Shown here piece after piece: positions 59,947 to 64,000 of a stretch of DNA of 64,000 bases. Position 1 is the stretch's first letter. Every line of letters begins with the position of its first letter. The notes beneath the pieces were generated by a model that was given only the letters and a program-made list of their open reading frames with translations, searched no databases and was not told the DNA's origin. Source of the DNA: a bacterium (GTDB taxonomy: Bacteria > JAHJDO01); contig JBDRTG010000047.1 of assembly GCA_043824255.1 (NCBI GenBank), positions 64,001 to 128,000 of the forward strand. The letters run 5' to 3'. A program made the translations under genes and the position numbers.

Positions 59947-61272
59947 ATGGGAAAACCAGCGCTTTTAGGTGGACTAAAAGCAGTTAAGACTGACCCTGGA
60001 GATATGTTTAAATGGCCCATTATTACCAAAGAGATTGAAGATGCTGTTTTGAAAGTACTCAGGGAAGGAAAGATGTCCGGTAATGACGTTACCAAAGAAT
60101 TTGAAAAGGAATATGCAGAATGGTTCGGTATGAAATATGCACTTGGCCATTCTACAGGAACAGGGGCTTTGCATGGTGCAATGTTTGGTCTAGGAATAGG
60201 TCGTGGGGATGAAATAATCTGTCCAAGTATAACCTACTGGGCATCAGCTCTGCCTGTATACTCTCTTGGTGGTACTGTTGTATTTTGTGATATTGATAAA
60301 GACACATTAAATATTGATCCAAATGATATTGAACACAGAATTACTGAACGAACAAAAGCTATTTTAGTGGTTCATTACGCAGGTATGCCTGCTGATATGG
60401 ATCCTATTATGGAGATTGCCCGCAAACATAACATCAAGGTCATTGAGGACGTTTCTCATGCGCATGGAGCACTGTACAAGGGAAAACTTACAGGAACATT
60501 TGGAAATGTCTCAGCTATGTCTTTAATGAGCGGCAAATCCTTTGCAATAGGCGAAGCAGGCATTATGCTTACAAACGACCAGAGAGTTCACGAACGCGCG
60601 CTTCTTTTTGGTCATTATGCACGGCATAATGAGGTTCAACTAGAAGATATTAAGCCATTGACAGGCCTTCCTTGGGGTGGTTATAAATACAGGATGCATC
60701 AATTGAGTTCTGCAGTGGGACTTGTACAGATTAAAAATTATCCAAAGCAGATAAAAGAAATAGATAAAGCAATGAATTATTTTGGCGATCTTTTAGAAGA
60801 AGCGCCAGGTATTAAGGTCCGCCGTCCTGAAAAGGATTCAGGAACTACAATGGGCGGCTGGTATGCAGCCAGAGGATTATATCGGCCTGAAGAACTTGGA
60901 GGGCTCTCAATCAAACGATTCTGTGAAGCTGTAAGAGCTGAGGGAAACAATAAATGTGCTCCAGGAGGAAACAAAGCATTACATTTACATCCTGTTTTTA
61001 ATGACGTAGACATATATAATCAGGGAAAACCCACCCGAATTGCAAATTCTCCAGAGGATGTGGATGTAAGACAACCTGTTGGCAGTCTGCCAGTTTCTGA
61101 GAATATACATAAATATACTTTTGGTATTCCATGGTTCAAGCACTACAGACCCAACATAATAGAAGAACATGCAAATGCAATTAAAAAGGTGGTTGAGAAT
61201 TACAAAAAACTCCTGCCTGGAGATACTAAAGAAGAGGACGCTGGAGGATTCGGTTTAACTGCCAGACAGTAA
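59947..61272 (+). CDS. DegT/DnrJ/EryC1/StrS family PLP aminotransferase
   Basis: PALLGG, STGTGAL, IEDVSHAHGA, SLMSGKSFAIGEAG. Confidence 0.9.
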   Translation: MGKPALLGGLKAVKTDPGDMFKWPIITKEIEDAVLKVLREGKMSGNDVTKEFEKEYAEWFGMKYALGHSTGTGALHGAMFGLGIGRGDEIICPSITYWASALPVYSLGGTVVFCDIDKDTLNIDPNDIEHRITERTKAILVVHYAGMPADMDPIMEIARKHNIKVIEDVSHAHGALYKGKLTGTFGNVSAMSLMSGKSFAIGEAGIMLTNDQRVHERALLFGHYARHNEVQLEDIKPLTGLPWGGYKYRMHQLSSAVGLVQIKNYPKQIKEIDKAMNYFGDLLEEAPGIKVRRPEKDSGTTMGGWYAARGLYRPEELGGLSIKRFCEAVRAEGNNKCAPGGNKALHLHPVFNDVDIYNQGKPTRIANSPEDVDVRQPVGSLPVSENIHKYTFGIPWFKHYRPNIIEEHANAIKKVVENYKKLLPGDTKEEDAGGFGLTARQ

Positions 61273-61308
61273 GCAATATAAGCCTTCAATATCAACTGAT
61301 TCGCTTAC

Positions 61309-61337
61309 TTGACAACAGATTAGAAAATCAATATACT
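61309..61337 (+). promoter_or_regulatory. Sigma70-type promoter of rpmA-dxr-rseP
   Basis: TTGACA, 17-bp spacer, TATACT; Shine-Dalgarno AGGAG before the ATG. Confidence 0.75.
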
Positions 61338-61370
61338 CCCTAATACGTTAAAAAAGTCAGGAGATATACT

Positions 61371-61631
61371 ATGGCACATAAAAAGGGACTGGGAAGTTCG
61401 AGGAATGGGAGAGATAGCGCGGGTAAGAGACTTGGCATAAAGTGTTCTGGTGGACAGACTGTAAAAGCTGGTAGTATTATTGTTCGTCAGCGCGGAACAA
61501 AATTCTCTCCAGGAAGAAACGTTGGTTGTGGAAGGGATTGGACGTTGTTTTCTAAAATAAGCGGCGTAGTCTGTTTTGAAAATATCAGCTCCAGAAAATG
61601 TGTAAGTGTTTATGAGCCAAATGTAAAATGA
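61371..61631 (+). CDS. rpmA: 50S ribosomal protein L27
   Basis: [24 protein letters not shown]. Confidence 0.97.
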   Translation: MAHKKGLGSSRNGRDSAGKRLGIKCSGGQTVKAGSIIVRQRGTKFSPGRNVGCGRDWTLFSKISGVVCFENISSRKCVSVYEPNVK

Positions 61632-62761
61632 AAAACATTGCTGTTCTTGGAGCAACAGGTTCAATTGGCAGAAATACTCTTGAGATTGCAGAATCCTTTC
61701 CTGACAAATTCAAAGTTACAGCCGTATCAGGCAAAGCTAATATCAACCTTTTAGAAAAGCAGATAAACCAATTTCATCCCAAATTTGTTGTAGTAATGGA
61801 CGAGAATACGCAAAATCAACTTTGCGGTCGCATCAAAGATAAAAAGATAAAAATAGAATATGGATATGAAAGTCTCGTCAAAATATCGACACTTGATGAA
61901 GTTGATATTGTAGTATCAGCAATCACGGGTATAACCGGACTAATCCCAACCTTAGAAGCAATAAAAAAAGGCAAGCATATTGCAATTGCAGCTAAGGAAC
62001 TGTTGGTTACTGCAGGAGAAATTATGCTAAAAGAGGTTAGGAAAAATAAAGTGAAATTTCTTCCTGTGGATAGTGAACATAATGCCATTTTTCAGTGCCT
62101 TGAGGGAAAATCAAAGAAGGATATAAAGAGAATCATTCTTACAGCTTCAGGAGGTCCATTTTATAAAGAAAAAAACTTGCATAATATTAGTCCTGAGCAG
62201 GCATTAGCTCACCCCGTATGGGAAATGGGGAGAAAAATCAGCATAGATTCTGCAACACTCATGAATAAGGGCTTGGAAGTCATAGAGGCGCATTGGCTGT
62301 TTGGAATAGATATATCGAAAATTGAGATCATTATACATCCTGAATGTATTATCCATTCCATGGTAGAATTTATTGATGGGTCAGTATTTGCCTTGCTTGG
62401 AATTCCTGATATGAAGATGCCTATTCAGTACGCATTAACGTATCCGGAGCGAATGCCTACACAACTAGAGCCTTTAGACTTAACAAAAATATCCCGGTTT
62501 CATTTTTCAGCTCCAAACTTTGACAAATTCCCTTGTTTGAAACTTGCTTATGAAGCAGGTACAATTGGCGGGACTATGCCTGCTGTTCTTAATAGTGCAA
62601 ACGATGTTGCTGTCAATCTATTTCTCAAGAAAAAAATAAAATTCCCAGATATTCCTCAAATAATAGAAAAGGTTATGAATAAACATAATGTTATTCAAAA
62701 TCCATGCCTTGATGATATCTTTGAATCTGATGCTTGGGCGAGGAAAACATGTTTGCTCTAA
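61628..62761 (+). CDS. dxr: 1-deoxy-D-xylulose 5-phosphate reductoisomerase
   Basis: [44 protein letters not shown]. Confidence 0.97.
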   Translation: MKNIAVLGATGSIGRNTLEIAESFPDKFKVTAVSGKANINLLEKQINQFHPKFVVVMDENTQNQLCGRIKDKKIKIEYGYESLVKISTLDEVDIVVSAITGITGLIPTLEAIKKGKHIAIAAKELLVTAGEIMLKEVRKNKVKFLPVDSEHNAIFQCLEGKSKKDIKRIILTASGGPFYKEKNLHNISPEQALAHPVWEMGRKISIDSATLMNKGLEVIEAHWLFGIDISKIEIIIHPECIIHSMVEFIDGSVFALLGIPDMKMPIQYALTYPERMPTQLEPLDLTKISRFHFSAPNFDKFPCLKLAYEAGTIGGTMPAVLNSANDVAVNLFLKKKIKFPDIPQIIEKVMNKHNVIQNPCLDDIFESDAWARKTCLL

Positions 62762-64000
62762 ATTGGATAATTCATATACTCCCATTTATTGTTGTAATAA
62801 GTATTCTGGTTTTCGTACATGAACTGGGACATTTTCTTGTAGCTAAATGGCTTGGCATTAAAGTGGAAAAATTCTCTCTGGGATTTGGCCCTAAGCTTGT
62901 TGGCTTTAAGAAAGGAGATACGGAATATTTGATCTCTGCTGTGCCTTTGGGAGGATATGTAAAACTTGCAGGAGAATCCAGCGAAGAAAAAACAGGCGCT
63001 GACTGGGAGTTCTATTCTAAGGGGCCTTTTCAGAGAATCCTTGTAATACTTGCAGGCCCTTTTATGAATATACTGCTGGCAATTTTTGTCTTCTCTTGTA
63101 TCTTCTTTACAGGAATAGAACTACCCTATTTTGAGGCTAAAATCGGAGAAATAGCCAAAGATTCGCCTGGTTCCAAAGCTGACCTGAAAGTGGGAGATAC
63201 AATATTGAAAGCCAATGGCAAACAAATCAAAGATTGGAGTAAGTTTAAACATATTATCCTGACTCATCCAAATCATACAATATCTATACTCATTGACAGA
63301 AACGGAGAAAGAAAAAGCATTCAGGTCAAAACAGAGTTCAACAAAGAAAAAGGAGGCGGGTACTTGGGAGTTTCCCCATTCATTCCCCCTGTAATAGGAA
63401 TTGTTGAGCCTGAAAGTCCTGCATACAAAGCCGGTATTAGAAAAGGAGATGTTGTTCTATTTATTAATGGCAAACAAATGTCCTCGTGGAATGATATGGC
63501 AAAGAGTATTCATAACAGTGCAGGAGAGAAAATCTCACTCATAATAATGCGTGAGAAGGAGCAGTTGGAAATAAGTGTTGTGCCTAAACTTAACAAAACA
63601 CTAAACATTGGTCTCATAGGAATAATTCCTGAATTTAAGACAATAACGCGTAAATATGGACCAATCGGTGCATTTGTTCAAGGATGCAATCAAACCGTAA
63701 ACTTGACAGTTCTTACATATAGATCCATATGGATGCTTATAAAGAGGGAAATATCTACTAAAACACTTGGCGGCCCAATAATGATTGCACAGCTTGCAGA
63801 TAAGCAGGCAAAAGAAGGACTTATGAACCTGTTTTACCTGCTTGCTCTGATAAGTGTAAACCTTGCCATACTTAATTTACTTCCGATTCCTGTACTGGAT
63901 GGGGGGCATATACTTTTCTTTCTAATAGAAGCTATAAAAGGCAGTCCGATTAGTGAGAAAGGGCTTGAATGGGCAACAAAATTTGGCATTGCGCTTCTTT
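62749..64000 (+). CDS. rseP: RIP metalloprotease RseP with two PDZ domains; 3' end truncated by the window edge
   Basis: Manual translation from ATG 62749: MFALNW...VFVHELGHF...GFGP...PLGGYVK...AGPFMN...NLLPIPVLDGGH. Confidence 0.95.
   Translation, partial: MFALNWIIHILPFIVVISILVFVHELGHFLVAKWLGIKVEKFSLGFGPKLVGFKKGDTEYLISAVPLGGYVKLAGESSEEKTGADWEFYSKGPFQRILVILAGPFMNILLAIFVFSCIFFTGIELPYFEAKIGEIAKDSPGSKADLKVGDTILKANGKQIKDWSKFKHIILTHPNHTISILIDRNGERKSIQVKTEFNKEKGGGYLGVSPFIPPVIGIVEPESPAYKAGIRKGDVVLFINGKQMSSWNDMAKSIHNSAGEKISLIIMREKEQLEISVVPKLNKTLNIGLIGIIPEFKTITRKYGPIGAFVQGCNQTVNLTVLTYRSIWMLIKREISTKTLGGPIMIAQLADKQAKEGLMNLFYLLALISVNLAILNLLPIPVLDGGHILFFLIEAIKGSPISEKGLEWATKFGIALL

Noticed and set aside
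11..62088. Numerous short antisense or alternative-frame ORFs in the track (for example 627-920, 21084-21680, 47392-47892, 52785-53276)
   Set aside because: They shadow well-supported genes or the tRNA, and show no recognisable motifs or translation signals.

Overview
AT-rich bacterial chromosomal window, almost fully coding. No integrase, transposase, CRISPR array or rRNA is visible. From left to right: (1) A ROK-regulator-led catabolic operon (1-9523, minus strand): HemL-like class III aminotransferase, two Gfo/Idh/MocA oxidoreductases, Zn-dehydrogenase, a motif-degenerate cyclase, a UroD/MtbA-fold protein, an amidohydrolase and a non-pyrrolysine MttB-family methyltransferase. The methyltransferase runs off the left edge and is missing from the ORF track. 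(2) gyrA-psd-pssA-trpEGD-MATE, a csp gene, then SGNH-trpCBA-cinA; trpF is absent. (3) A Thr-nucleophile sulfatase-like gene, DUF1844, recG and rsmD. (4) A ~20 kb type IVa pilus locus (28132-48237) with two tandem pilins behind a sigma54 promoter, minor pilins including two PilX-like proteins, pilMNOPQ, pilB, pilC, pilSR and pilU/pilT. It embeds a catalytically dead GGDEF protein with an intact I-site and a stand-alone MshEN-domain protein, next to a PilB that has lost its own MshEN motifs. (5) An FHA-GAF histidine kinase, a receiver protein and a membrane Ser/Thr kinase with an unrecognised 3x90-aa Met-rich repeat. (6) tRNA-Ser(CGA), LMW-PTP-rpiB-glyA and a GT-C-like protein. (7) An AraC-amidohydrolase-2xDegT unit. 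(8) rpmA-dxr-rseP. The best candidates for new biology are the putative c-di-GMP receptor module inside the pilus operon, the Ser/Thr-His kinase cluster and the methylated amino-sugar/aminocyclitol-type catabolic operon. All calls come from motif reading only; no database searches were run.
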